DNA of 9,822 nt, taken from IMG/VR virus record IMGVR_UViG_2537561934_000018. One strand, given 5' to 3'. Source of the stretch: a virus (lineage: Duplodnaviria > Heunggongvirae > Uroviricota > Caudoviricetes). Shown here one piece after another: positions 1 through 6,784 of this stretch (position 1 is its first letter; each line of letters starts with the position of its first letter). Under the pieces are notes generated by a model, which worked only from the letters and a program-made list of their open reading frames with translations, had not been told where the DNA came from and searched no databases. Made by a program: the position numbers and the translations under genes.

Positions 1-960
1 TTACTCCTTGTTCATTGCGTACAGCCCATTAACCAGAGCAAACTGTGGCACCCCGTCCGCGATGAAAGTCGCATTAACTCCGCAGGCTTCGCGGATAGCG
101 GGTGCCACAATCTCCGCCCCGCCACCGACAACCATCACCCGCCCGTAACCCGAAAAAACCGCCAGCGCGCGGATCACGCGTTGTTTCAGTGTTTCTTCCT
201 TTTCACGAATAACCGCCATCAGGCTGGCGTAATGCGCGTCATTGTGGATGTGCTGGCGCAGCCAGGCTTCATCATGGCGATGTTCGATAATGGTATTGGC
301 GATGTGGTGACTGGTGCGCATACCGTTAGTGGCCATCACCGACAGTACGGCATCGGCCATCAGAGAAACGCCTACGTGTGGATCGCAAAACACCTGGCTG
401 ATACCTGCCAGTTGCCCCTGAACCTTTGCCACATCCAGCGTGGTTCCGCCCAAATCCACAATCAGCAGGGATTCAAACGGACTCATGTCAGCCAGTGCCT
501 TAAAGCCAGCCGGAATGGATTCAGGCATAACCCGCACGTTACGGATAGTGAATGCTTCGCCGTTCTGGTACTCCACCGGGCGCATAACGTTCGCTTTTTT
601 GCGGTTGATGTTGGCCATGTCCGGCTGTGCGTTTGTGTCGAAATATTCGCTCAGTGGCAGGGTGACAACCACATCCACTTCCTGTGGTGTGATGCCTGAT
701 TTGACCAGCGCGTGATGAATGGCAATTACATTCACATCGCTGTACTGGTATTGCGTGTCGGTCGTCTGGACAAAGCGATCGCTGACCGGATCAAAACCAT
801 AGCGCACGCCATCAAGCATGTAGTTCGCGGGCTGCGTGCCACCGAACGGCGCAGACCATTCCGACTTGAAGCTGTTTGGGCTGATGGCGTTGCGGCGTTC
901 GCCGTTCTCAGTCCATGCCAGCTTGATGTTGGTGGAGCCGTCATCGATACAAATTTTCAT
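1..960 (-). CDS. ParM/StbA-family actin-like ATPase (319 aa), complete ORF
   Basis: ORF track 1..960; stop TAA is the reverse complement of 1-3 and ATG is at 960-958, preceded by an AAGGAAAAG Shine-Dalgarno. N-terminal IDDGSTNIK motif plus DLGGTT and VVGGGA motifs are typical of actin-fold ATPases. The N-terminal ~110 aa closely resemble plasmid R1 ParM (StbA) as I recall it. The start overlaps the last 20 nt of the upstream A gene. Confidence 0.8.
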   Translation of the reverse strand: MKICIDDGSTNIKLAWTENGERRNAISPNSFKSEWSAPFGGTQPANYMLDGVRYGFDPVSDRFVQTTDTQYQYSDVNVIAIHHALVKSGITPQEVDVVVTLPLSEYFDTNAQPDMANINRKKANVMRPVEYQNGEAFTIRNVRVMPESIPAGFKALADMSPFESLLIVDLGGTTLDVAKVQGQLAGISQVFCDPHVGVSLMADAVLSVMATNGMRTSHHIANTIIEHRHDEAWLRQHIHNDAHYASLMAVIREKEETLKQRVIRALAVFSGYGRVMVVGGGAEIVAPAIREACGVNATFIADGVPQFALVNGLYAMNKE

Positions 961-3859
961 GTCGCTTTTCCTTATGTTGATTAATTAATCGTTTACGGGA
1001 TTCTGAAATCCCGTTTTTGTCCTGTTTTATGCGCGCTTCATATATCGCGGCGCGTTTTTGCTCATTTACGGGATTTGTGAATCCCGTTTCTGTCTGTTTT
1101 TTGTTTCCACTGGTCAGGCCACCCCGCAGCAGGTCTGCTTTGCGGCGGGCGCGTTCAGTGGTTTCACTGATTCTCTGTGCGTGCTCTGCGTCGCGGATGG
1201 CGCGCAGCATGTCAGAAAGCACGGTAACGGGTGTTTTCATGGTGTTCTGGTCTTGCTGAAGTGTGGATGCCAGGCGTGCGGCGGCTTCGGGGTCTGATGT
1301 CCCCAGCTGTTCCAGATAGCTGGCGACCGGGTTATGGCGGATCTCCGTACTGCTTACGCCGTGGTTACGGCTCAGGCGCTGCCAGAGCTGCGTGATCCGG
1401 CTGTCCGGTCGGGTATCCGGTTTGCGTACAATTTCAAATCCCTGCGGTGCAATGTTGCTGCCGTCAACGTACAGACTGCCGCCCCGTAACAGGTGCTGCA
1501 TCTGCTGTTCACCGATATGCAGGCCGAGAGATTCAGCAGACTCCCGCCATTCTTTAGCGAGTAGTTCGTGGTTATCAGGCAAAGGCCGCTGCTGTTTGCG
1601 GCTCTGTGTCCAGCTCTGCATTTCATCACGGCTGTTTTTTGCCTGTTTGTCACGAAGCGAACGCATCAGCGCCCGGCGTTCGTGCCGTTTCAGTGAGCGC
1701 ATCCATTCGTTCACTTCAACGCCGTCAGGGAGCTGCGGCCACGGTGCTGGCCGTTCTTCCGGCTGTTCTGTCCCGTTGTTGTCCGTTTCCTGTACACGGG
1801 GACAGTTATTGCCACGAGTCCAAGGGGCGGCAGGGCCGCCCTGAAGGTCAAAACCATTTTCGCGGGCGCTGTCTTCCGCTTCCGGTTTACGTCTTACCAG
1901 CTTCCAGTTATCCGGATGCGTGCACACGCGGGAAGACTCCCCGATGAGCGGCGACCAGATCCCGTAAATCTGTACGCTCTGTTCGCCGTAATCGTTCAGC
2001 CCATCTGCGAGGTCGTAGGCGGTGCGAATCAGGTAGTCTTTGCGTGGAACAAGTACGCCGCCCTGTTTCTCTATGTAGGTGGCAAAACATCCGGCATCAG
2101 CGGCAGCGAGTACCGCATCCATTGCGTCATCCTTCAGCCGTTGCGGGCCTTCCGGGTTGCGTGCCATCTGGCTGGCAAGGCGGCGCAGCTCACGCCACAC
2201 TTGACGGGAGGGGATGCCAAAGAACTGGAACTGGCGGACGCGGTGAAGGCGTGCCCAGCCGATGGCGCGCTCCACGCTCTCGGCCATTGATTTTCCGGTT
2301 TCGTGGTCAACGCGTGGCTTGCCCGTTTTCGGGTCGATGCCATCCACGGCGTGGCTGTCCAGGTTCTTTCCGATGTAGGTGGCGATGTAGCTGGTTGGCG
2401 TGCCTTTTGAGCCGTCGACGTACTCCGCCTTAAAGCGCGGAGTAATATCATTGCCCAGTTCGTGGCGGTCTTCCTGAATGGCAATATCGCGGGTGTGGGA
2501 CACAATGGTGTCGATTTCTTCCGGATGAGCAAAGACCATCATATGCCAGTGCACGGTGCCGTCATGGTGAGGCTCCACCGTGCGGATGCCATACCAGCGC
2601 AGGCCGTCGCGGTTCAGTTTTTTGCGGACCGCCGCAAAAAACGTGTTAACCAGGTAATCGCTGGAGTCGCGCATGGTGGCCCCGTTCCATTTGGGATTCG
2701 GATGACCGTTCTCTGTTGTGGCGTGGTATTTTGACGGGCAGGTGACAGTCAGAAACACCGCTTTGTCGCCACGGGCTTCGGCCAGAAGTTCCAGTCCCTT
2801 CATGGTGGCCGTCATTTCTGCCTTACGGTGAACCGGGTTACTTACTCCCGCGTAATACACCGTCTCGAGATCAATCGTGAACCCGTCTTCATTTTCCAGC
2901 ATGAAACTTTTCAGGAAATCGCGTGTTTTCTCGCGCTGTGCGCGAAACTCGCTTAACGCGTCCTGGCTCAGATAGGGTGATGTTTTTCTGGAAACCAGAC
3001 AGGCGGCGCGGAGTTGTTCTTCCCGCCACTCACAACGTAACAGCCACAGTTTGCGTTTCCACCAGTCCGCACAGGTCAGGCGAAGGATTGCGCCCGGCAG
3101 CAGTTCCGTGTCCGGTTCGTTCCTCCGGTCTTTGTCTGTTGTCAGTGCGTCATAATGTGGAGGCATGGCGTGCAGGTGTAACGCCATGCGGGCCAGCATC
3201 TGATACGCCTTCAGCGTTACATCCATGGTCAGCTCGCCATCTCTGGCACCGAAACCATCACAGAGAGTCTCAAAGGTGCTGCTGAACATTGCCGCCGTCA
3301 TGGTGGCCAGCGTCTGTATCTGGTGCTTGTTAAGCTGCGGCAGGTAAAGCAAATCGTCCAGGCGTTCGCGTCCGGCAAGGGCGCGATAACCCGGTGTCAG
3401 CCAGCGGCTGTCGGTGCGCTCCAGACGTTCGAATATTTTGCGCAGGGTTCCGTGCGCGTAGCGTTCTGCCTGCCAGCTCTTTTTGCCTTTCCGGCGATCG
3501 ACTTCCTGTTTTTTGCGCAGGAAAGAGAGGTGGCGAATAAGCGGATCGCGCAGATAGGACGGCAGCAGGCGCAGCGAGGCCATGGCTTCATCCACCGCGC
3601 CGCGTGCCTGTTTTCTGGCGTCTCCTGCCAGTGTGATGGTTTTGTCCTGTTTTTCCTGTGCGTCCAGGCTTTTATTAATCAGGTTGCCCAGCGGCGTGGC
3701 GGAGAACGCCGCATCAGCCATTTCCTGGCGGCGCTCGTTCTCTGCCCGGTAGGCATCCAGCCAGGAGGAAAGCGCGGATTCAGGAGCGGGGATCCCCGTT
3801 CCTTCACGCCCCACTGCGTGGCGCGGTTGTTGCCAGTCCCTGATGTACTCCGTTGACAT
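941..3859 (-). CDS. P2 gpA-family rolling-circle replication initiator (HUH endonuclease), 972 aa
   Basis: ORF track 941..3859; ATG at 3859-3857 with a GGAG about 10 nt upstream. HUH-type motif HWHMMVF is encoded at 2531-2551 and the paired-tyrosine motif YIATY at 2375-2389 (verified by reverse-complementing the DNA). This matches the two-tyrosine active site described for phage P2 A protein. Position immediately downstream of the cox-side early genes is as in P2. Confidence 0.8.
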   Translation of the reverse strand: MSTEYIRDWQQPRHAVGREGTGIPAPESALSSWLDAYRAENERRQEMADAAFSATPLGNLINKSLDAQEKQDKTITLAGDARKQARGAVDEAMASLRLLPSYLRDPLIRHLSFLRKKQEVDRRKGKKSWQAERYAHGTLRKIFERLERTDSRWLTPGYRALAGRERLDDLLYLPQLNKHQIQTLATMTAAMFSSTFETLCDGFGARDGELTMDVTLKAYQMLARMALHLHAMPPHYDALTTDKDRRNEPDTELLPGAILRLTCADWWKRKLWLLRCEWREEQLRAACLVSRKTSPYLSQDALSEFRAQREKTRDFLKSFMLENEDGFTIDLETVYYAGVSNPVHRKAEMTATMKGLELLAEARGDKAVFLTVTCPSKYHATTENGHPNPKWNGATMRDSSDYLVNTFFAAVRKKLNRDGLRWYGIRTVEPHHDGTVHWHMMVFAHPEEIDTIVSHTRDIAIQEDRHELGNDITPRFKAEYVDGSKGTPTSYIATYIGKNLDSHAVDGIDPKTGKPRVDHETGKSMAESVERAIGWARLHRVRQFQFFGIPSRQVWRELRRLASQMARNPEGPQRLKDDAMDAVLAAADAGCFATYIEKQGGVLVPRKDYLIRTAYDLADGLNDYGEQSVQIYGIWSPLIGESSRVCTHPDNWKLVRRKPEAEDSARENGFDLQGGPAAPWTRGNNCPRVQETDNNGTEQPEERPAPWPQLPDGVEVNEWMRSLKRHERRALMRSLRDKQAKNSRDEMQSWTQSRKQQRPLPDNHELLAKEWRESAESLGLHIGEQQMQHLLRGGSLYVDGSNIAPQGFEIVRKPDTRPDSRITQLWQRLSRNHGVSSTEIRHNPVASYLEQLGTSDPEAAARLASTLQQDQNTMKTPVTVLSDMLRAIRDAEHAQRISETTERARRKADLLRGGLTSGNKKQTETGFTNPVNEQKRAAIYEARIKQDKNGISESRKRLINQHKEKRHENLYR
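995..1087. repeat. Tandem pair of perfect 8-bp-stem palindromes (ACGGGATT-N4-AATCCCGT) 73 bp apart, flanking a GC-rich palindrome, each followed by a T-run on the + strand
   Basis: Hairpin 1 is 995-1014 (loop CTGA) followed by TTTT to 1018; hairpin 2 is 1068-1087 (loop TGTG) followed by TTTCTGTCTGTTTTTT. Flanking sequence is about 85 percent identical over ~38 bp. A GC-rich palindrome at 1031-1054 is followed by TTTTT (1055-1059). All lie inside the last ~55 codons of the A ORF and 35-130 bp upstream of the ParM-like start. Confidence 0.6.
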
Positions 3860-3865
3860 GCTGAC

Positions 3866-4231
3866 TTACTCCGCTTTGCCGCTCAGTGCGGCGTGGCAGA
3901 CGGCAGCCAGCCGCTGAATTTCCAGCACGGTGTCTTCTGTGTCGGCATGGCGATGTGTGATGCGGGTGCTGTCGGCAATCACATCGACGATTGCAGAGGA
4001 TGGGCGCTGGTAAATGCCAATAACGGACGGGGTGCCACCTTCAATGCGGTAAAGCCTGTAATTTCCCTCGTGGCTGTCAATCATGTAACGACCATCAATA
4101 ACAATCTTTCCGTCAGCGAGCTGCGGTACAGGCAGGGATTTCAGGTACATGTCATAACGATCACGCACGCGAGCGGCAAGATCACGCTCTGTGTTGAGCA
4201 GGTATTCAAGAAAGTCGTTGGCGAGAATCAT
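3866..4231 (-). CDS. Hypothetical protein, 121 aa, immediately upstream of the A gene
   Basis: ORF track 3866..4231; ATG at 4231-4229 with an AGAGGA Shine-Dalgarno ~9 nt upstream. Its stop TAA (3868-3866) lies 7 nt before the A start. Balanced amino-acid composition, unlike the antisense + strand ORF 3893..4396. No motif recognised. Confidence 0.5.
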   Translation of the reverse strand: MILANDFLEYLLNTERDLAARVRDRYDMYLKSLPVPQLADGKIVIDGRYMIDSHEGNYRLYRIEGGTPSVIGIYQRPSSAIVDVIADSTRITHRHADTEDTVLEIQRLAAVCHAALSGKAE

Positions 4232-4303
4232 TGCGGCAATCCTCTTGTTACAGATGTGCGAAGGCCTCCCGCCGCAAGGTGCAGGAAAGGCCTGGTACCG
4301 GAA

Positions 4304-4534
4304 TTAATGGAGTTTGTTTTGCTGCTGGATGAGATCCTGAAGAGACAGGAGGTCTTCCGCCAGATAGCTGAATACAGCGGCGCAGTAGTCGGCTGAAATA
4401 GTGCTGTTGAGTCTGTGCAATGTGTTGGATTGCATGATAAAGGCGATGTGTGCAGCGCGGGTGAGTCTGCGATCGATTTCAGTCTGGATGTGACGACGTG
4501 CAGCGTATGCGCGCTGTTGTTTGCGGTTTGCCAT
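4304..4534 (-). CDS. Hypothetical small protein, 76 aa
   Basis: ORF track 4304..4534; ATG at 4534-4532 with an AGAGG about 9 nt upstream. The Shine-Dalgarno region is part of an 11-bp inverted repeat (see repeat 4544..4635). No motif recognised; coding status uncertain. Confidence 0.4.
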   Translation of the reverse strand: MANRKQQRAYAARRHIQTEIDRRLTRAAHIAFIMQSNTLHRLNSTISADYCAAVFSYLAEDLLSLQDLIQQQNKLH

Positions 4535-4543
4535 GGTGTGGCC

Positions 4544-4635
4544 TCTGTAGTTGCAAGTTTTGAAAACTCACCATCCAGAGGTGGAAAACTCGGGGCGGTG
4601 AGACGTACAGGGTTTCCACAACCGGCAACTACAGA
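4544..4635. repeat. 11-bp perfect inverted repeat (TCTGTAGTTGC at 4544-4554 and GCAACTACAGA at 4625-4635), with a third 9-bp copy CTGTAGTTG at 4740-4748
   Basis: Read directly from the sequence. The proximal arm abuts the Shine-Dalgarno of the 76-aa ORF and the third copy lies inside the loop of the terminator hairpin at 4721-4755. A GC-rich stem-loop with a UUCG loop on the - strand RNA (4640-4659) sits next to the distal arm. Confidence 0.55.
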
Positions 4636-4713
4636 ACCCGGCCCGACCGAAGTCGGCCCCATACGCCCCACCATAATTCTGACGCGAAAAAGACGTGGCG
4701 ATACAGTACGCAC

Positions 4714-4755
4714 AAAAAAACCGCTGGCGCGGTTGTGCGCTGTAGTTGTCAGCGG
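4714..4755 (-). terminator. Candidate rho-independent terminator for the SPFH cassette transcript
   Basis: On the - strand the sequence reads CCGCTG...CAGCGG (4755-4750 and 4726-4721), with an inner ACCGC-GCCA-GCGGT hairpin (4733-4720), followed by seven T (4720-4714). Confidence 0.5.
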
Positions 4756-4870
4756 GGTGGAAATCCCGGCACCCGTTTTATGAGGTGCAGCGGAAATGTA
4801 ACCTGACTGATTGCGGCATGGCAAGCGGTTTTTTTGTGAGAACGGCATACTAAAAAATCCTGATACTGCT

Positions 4871-4895
4871 CCGGCCAGCGGTTTTCACTGGCCGG
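4871..4895. other. GC-rich stem-loop (CCGGCCAG-N9-CTGGCCGG) 7 nt downstream of the SPFH stop codon
   Basis: 8-bp perfect inverted repeat with a 9-nt loop. On the + strand it is followed by AT-rich ATTTAATT; on the - strand a U-run only follows after ~11 nt. Possible bidirectional terminator or mRNA 3' stabiliser. Confidence 0.4.
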
Positions 4896-4901
4896 ATTTA
4901 A

Positions 4902-5732
4902 TTACTTCACGGGAACGAACGGAACAGCGGTGTTACTGGTCATGTATTGCGGCAGCGTGCCGTTCCATTTGTTGATCGCTTCCAGCTCCATAACGCCGGG
5001 ATTCTGGCGCAGAGCTTCGCCGCGTAAACGAATGGCGTCGGCTTCAGCCTGGGCTTTTGTGCGAATGGCATCGGCCTGTCCGGCAGCTTCTGCGCGCAGC
5101 ATGTTGGCTTCAGCTTCGCGTTGCTTGACTTCCTGTTCACGTTGCAGGGTTTTCTGGTTTGCCGTGACTTTGGCGTTAATGCTGTCGATAACGGTTGGCG
5201 GATATTCCGGTTTACCGACATAAGAGAGGCTCATGACCTGAATGCCGATGGGGGTCATCTCTTCCTGAATATCTTTAAGTGCTGAATCCAGCAGTTCAGA
5301 CTTACCACCGTCGATAAACTTATCGGTGGTCATTTTGCTGGCCAGTCGGTTGAGTGCATCGGCGATCTTCTGGCGCAGGTCAGTGTCGGTAATGTCATCC
5401 ACGCCTTTGCGGTAGGTCTGAAACACTGTGGTAACTTTGGATGGATCAACCTTGTAGGCCACACCGATGTGATAGCCGATGGTTGTGCCGTCACTCATCT
5501 GGAAGCTGAACGGCTCATCGTAGGTCTTCATTTGTTTGAAGGTCGGGAAGATGTAAACCTCTGTATTCCAGCCTGTCCAGTAGCGGCCAACGCCAACCAC
5601 TTCACCGACTCCTTTGTCGTCGCCCAGTTTGTTGACTTTGATGCCCACATTACCTGGCTCAACGCGATCGCAACCAACCAGCAGGATGGCGGCAAAAAGC
5701 GGGATAATCTGAAAGAGTCTGAATTTCTTCAT
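4902..5732 (-). CDS. SPFH/Band-7 (stomatin/prohibitin/HflKC-like) domain lipoprotein, 276 aa
   Basis: ORF track 4902..5732; ATG at 5732-5730 overlaps the upstream stop (ATGA), with an AAGGAA Shine-Dalgarno. The N-terminus MKKFRLFQIIPLFAAILLVGC is a lipoprotein signal with lipobox LVGC, followed by Asp at +2. The central region resembles an SPFH domain and the C-terminus is the Ala/Glu/Arg-rich coiled-coil tail typical of HflK/HflC and prohibitins. Fold assignment is by eye. Confidence 0.65.
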   Translation of the reverse strand: MKKFRLFQIIPLFAAILLVGCDRVEPGNVGIKVNKLGDDKGVGEVVGVGRYWTGWNTEVYIFPTFKQMKTYDEPFSFQMSDGTTIGYHIGVAYKVDPSKVTTVFQTYRKGVDDITDTDLRQKIADALNRLASKMTTDKFIDGGKSELLDSALKDIQEEMTPIGIQVMSLSYVGKPEYPPTVIDSINAKVTANQKTLQREQEVKQREAEANMLRAEAAGQADAIRTKAQAEADAIRLRGEALRQNPGVMELEAINKWNGTLPQYMTSNTAVPFVPVK

Positions 5733-5932
5733 TGTTTGATTTCCTTGATGTACTTACTGAAAAGGCGAACAACGCCTGCCGGGTACAGCATGGCAATGAA
5801 AATGCCCAGCAATACCAGGAAGGAGCTGTCTGATGAAATCATTCGGGGGAGTAGTCCTGCATACAGAATGAGAGAAATGAGGACGCATACCAGCGCCCAC
5901 ATGTATGCGCGAAACCAGGTCTTTTTGTTCAT
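5729..5932 (-). CDS. Small membrane protein with two predicted transmembrane helices, 67 aa
   Basis: ORF track 5729..5932; ATG at 5932-5930 overlaps the upstream stop (ATGA) and its own stop overlaps the SPFH start. Two hydrophobic stretches (roughly residues 8-28 and 38-58) are separated by a short polar loop. Confidence 0.6.
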   Translation of the reverse strand: MNKKTWFRAYMWALVCVLISLILYAGLLPRMISSDSSFLVLLGIFIAMLYPAGVVRLFSKYIKEIKQ

Positions 5933-6147
5933 GTTGATTGCTCTCTTTTGTTATTCAGGAAAAAGTCAAAAACGTTATCGATGCGCATCATGAGTTCGCG
6001 CTGCATCGCTTCTGGTGTTTCCGGTTCGCCAGGCGACCCCAGCGTTGCGCAGAAATCAGCGATCTCGTGTTGAATGAGTTCTTTCAGCGTCGGTAAGGAA
6101 TTCATGTGTGTGCGGCGATGCTTGCGTGTGATTCGCCTTCTGCTCAT
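5929..6147 (-). CDS. Hypothetical protein with basic N-terminus, 72 aa
   Basis: ORF track 5929..6147; ATG at 6147-6145 overlaps the upstream stop (ATGA) and has an AGGAG Shine-Dalgarno 8 nt upstream. An internal Met-15 start has no Shine-Dalgarno. N-terminus is Arg/Lys-rich (MSRRRITRKHRRTH). Confidence 0.55.
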   Translation of the reverse strand: MSRRRITRKHRRTHMNSLPTLKELIQHEIADFCATLGSPGEPETPEAMQRELMMRIDNVFDFFLNNKREQST

Positions 6148-6347
6148 TTACGCTGCTCCTGTACCTGTCGGATAAGATTTACTCGCGCCACGTTGGTGGC
6201 GCAGAAGTAAGTGCCGTCAGTGAGGTAGATGTGGTGTGCATCCTTTTCCGAACGATGTTTGTCGATAGTGGTAATCAGGCGTTCGTCGACTTCGTATTCA
6301 CGTCCTCTGGAGGTAAAGCGAACGACGGGAAAATGCTTAATTGCCAT
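6144..6347 (-). CDS. Hypothetical protein, 67 aa
   Basis: ORF track 6144..6347; ATG at 6347-6345 preceded by an AAGGGGG Shine-Dalgarno. It starts 26 bp after the stop of the 136-aa gene and its stop overlaps the next start. Confidence 0.55.
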   Translation of the reverse strand: MAIKHFPVVRFTSRGREYEVDERLITTIDKHRSEKDAHHIYLTDGTYFCATNVARVNLIRQVQEQRK

Positions 6348-6373
6348 TGCCCCCCTTTTTTTGTCCAGTAACC

Positions 6374-6784
6374 CTATGCGTTAAATACGGTGTGTTGGGC
6401 GTCATCAATGAATGCGACTTGAGAGCGCTCTATCAGGTGGAGATTTGTCAGAAGCGCTGATTCCCTTATGGGGTAAGGAGTGATCAGGTATTTGTCCTGT
6501 AATCCGGCGATAATGGTGTATCGCTGTGGCTCTGAGCCAATTGTGTAAATAAGGCGTCCGGTGTTAGATAAATCCAGTCCGGTGACTGGTTGAGTTTTGA
6601 AAAGCGTAAGTTCCGCACCCTGTTCTTCGATGATTTTGGCGGCTTCTGCCGTGACTTTTGCAACTATCATTGTGTGGGTAGCGACGTCTATATGATTATT
6701 TGCTACGGCTTTTTTCGCCACTTCGCTTTCCATCTTTGAAATTTCTTTCAGTGCTCTGATAATACCTTCTTCTTTTGCGTTCAT
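6374..6784 (-). CDS. Hypothetical protein, 136 aa (first gene after an AT-rich gap)
   Basis: ORF track 6374..6784; ATG at 6784-6782 with a GGAG Shine-Dalgarno 8 nt upstream. It is preceded by a ~92-bp AT-rich intergenic gap (6785-6876). No motif recognised. Confidence 0.6.
   Translation of the reverse strand: MNAKEEGIIRALKEISKMESEVAKKAVANNHIDVATHTMIVAKVTAEAAKIIEEQGAELTLFKTQPVTGLDLSNTGRLIYTIGSEPQRYTIIAGLQDKYLITPYPIRESALLTNLHLIERSQVAFIDDAQHTVFNA

Noticed and set aside
181-3856. Numerous + strand ORFs (80-177 aa) antisense to the ParM-like and A genes
   Set aside because: They lie entirely inside longer, motif-supported - strand genes and have Arg/Cys/His/Trp-rich compositions typical of antisense frames in GC-rich coding DNA.
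3893-4396. Track ORF, + strand, 167 aa, antisense to the 121-aa and 76-aa genes
   Set aside because: No start context, skewed composition, and it would be convergent into the A operon; the - strand ORFs fit the operon organisation.
1005-4768. Shared 9-mer GAAATCCCG between the ParM-upstream hairpin (1005-1013) and the non-coding region (4760-4768)
   Set aside because: Exact 9-mer matches between two arbitrary places in a ~10-kb window are expected many times by chance (on the order of a hundred pairs), so this is not evidence of a common binding site.
4228-4848. Track ORF, - strand, 206 aa, spanning the region between the SPFH gene and the 121-aa gene
   Set aside because: Ser/Thr/Pro/Ala-rich low-complexity translation with no Shine-Dalgarno context. 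It runs through multiple hairpin and terminator structures and overlaps the better-supported 76-aa ORF. Treated as non-coding.
4930-5993. + strand ORFs (97 and 174 aa) and - strand ORF 4940..5221 overlapping the SPFH and 2-TM genes
   Set aside because: Alternative frames inside the well-supported SPFH lipoprotein and membrane-protein genes; no independent signals.
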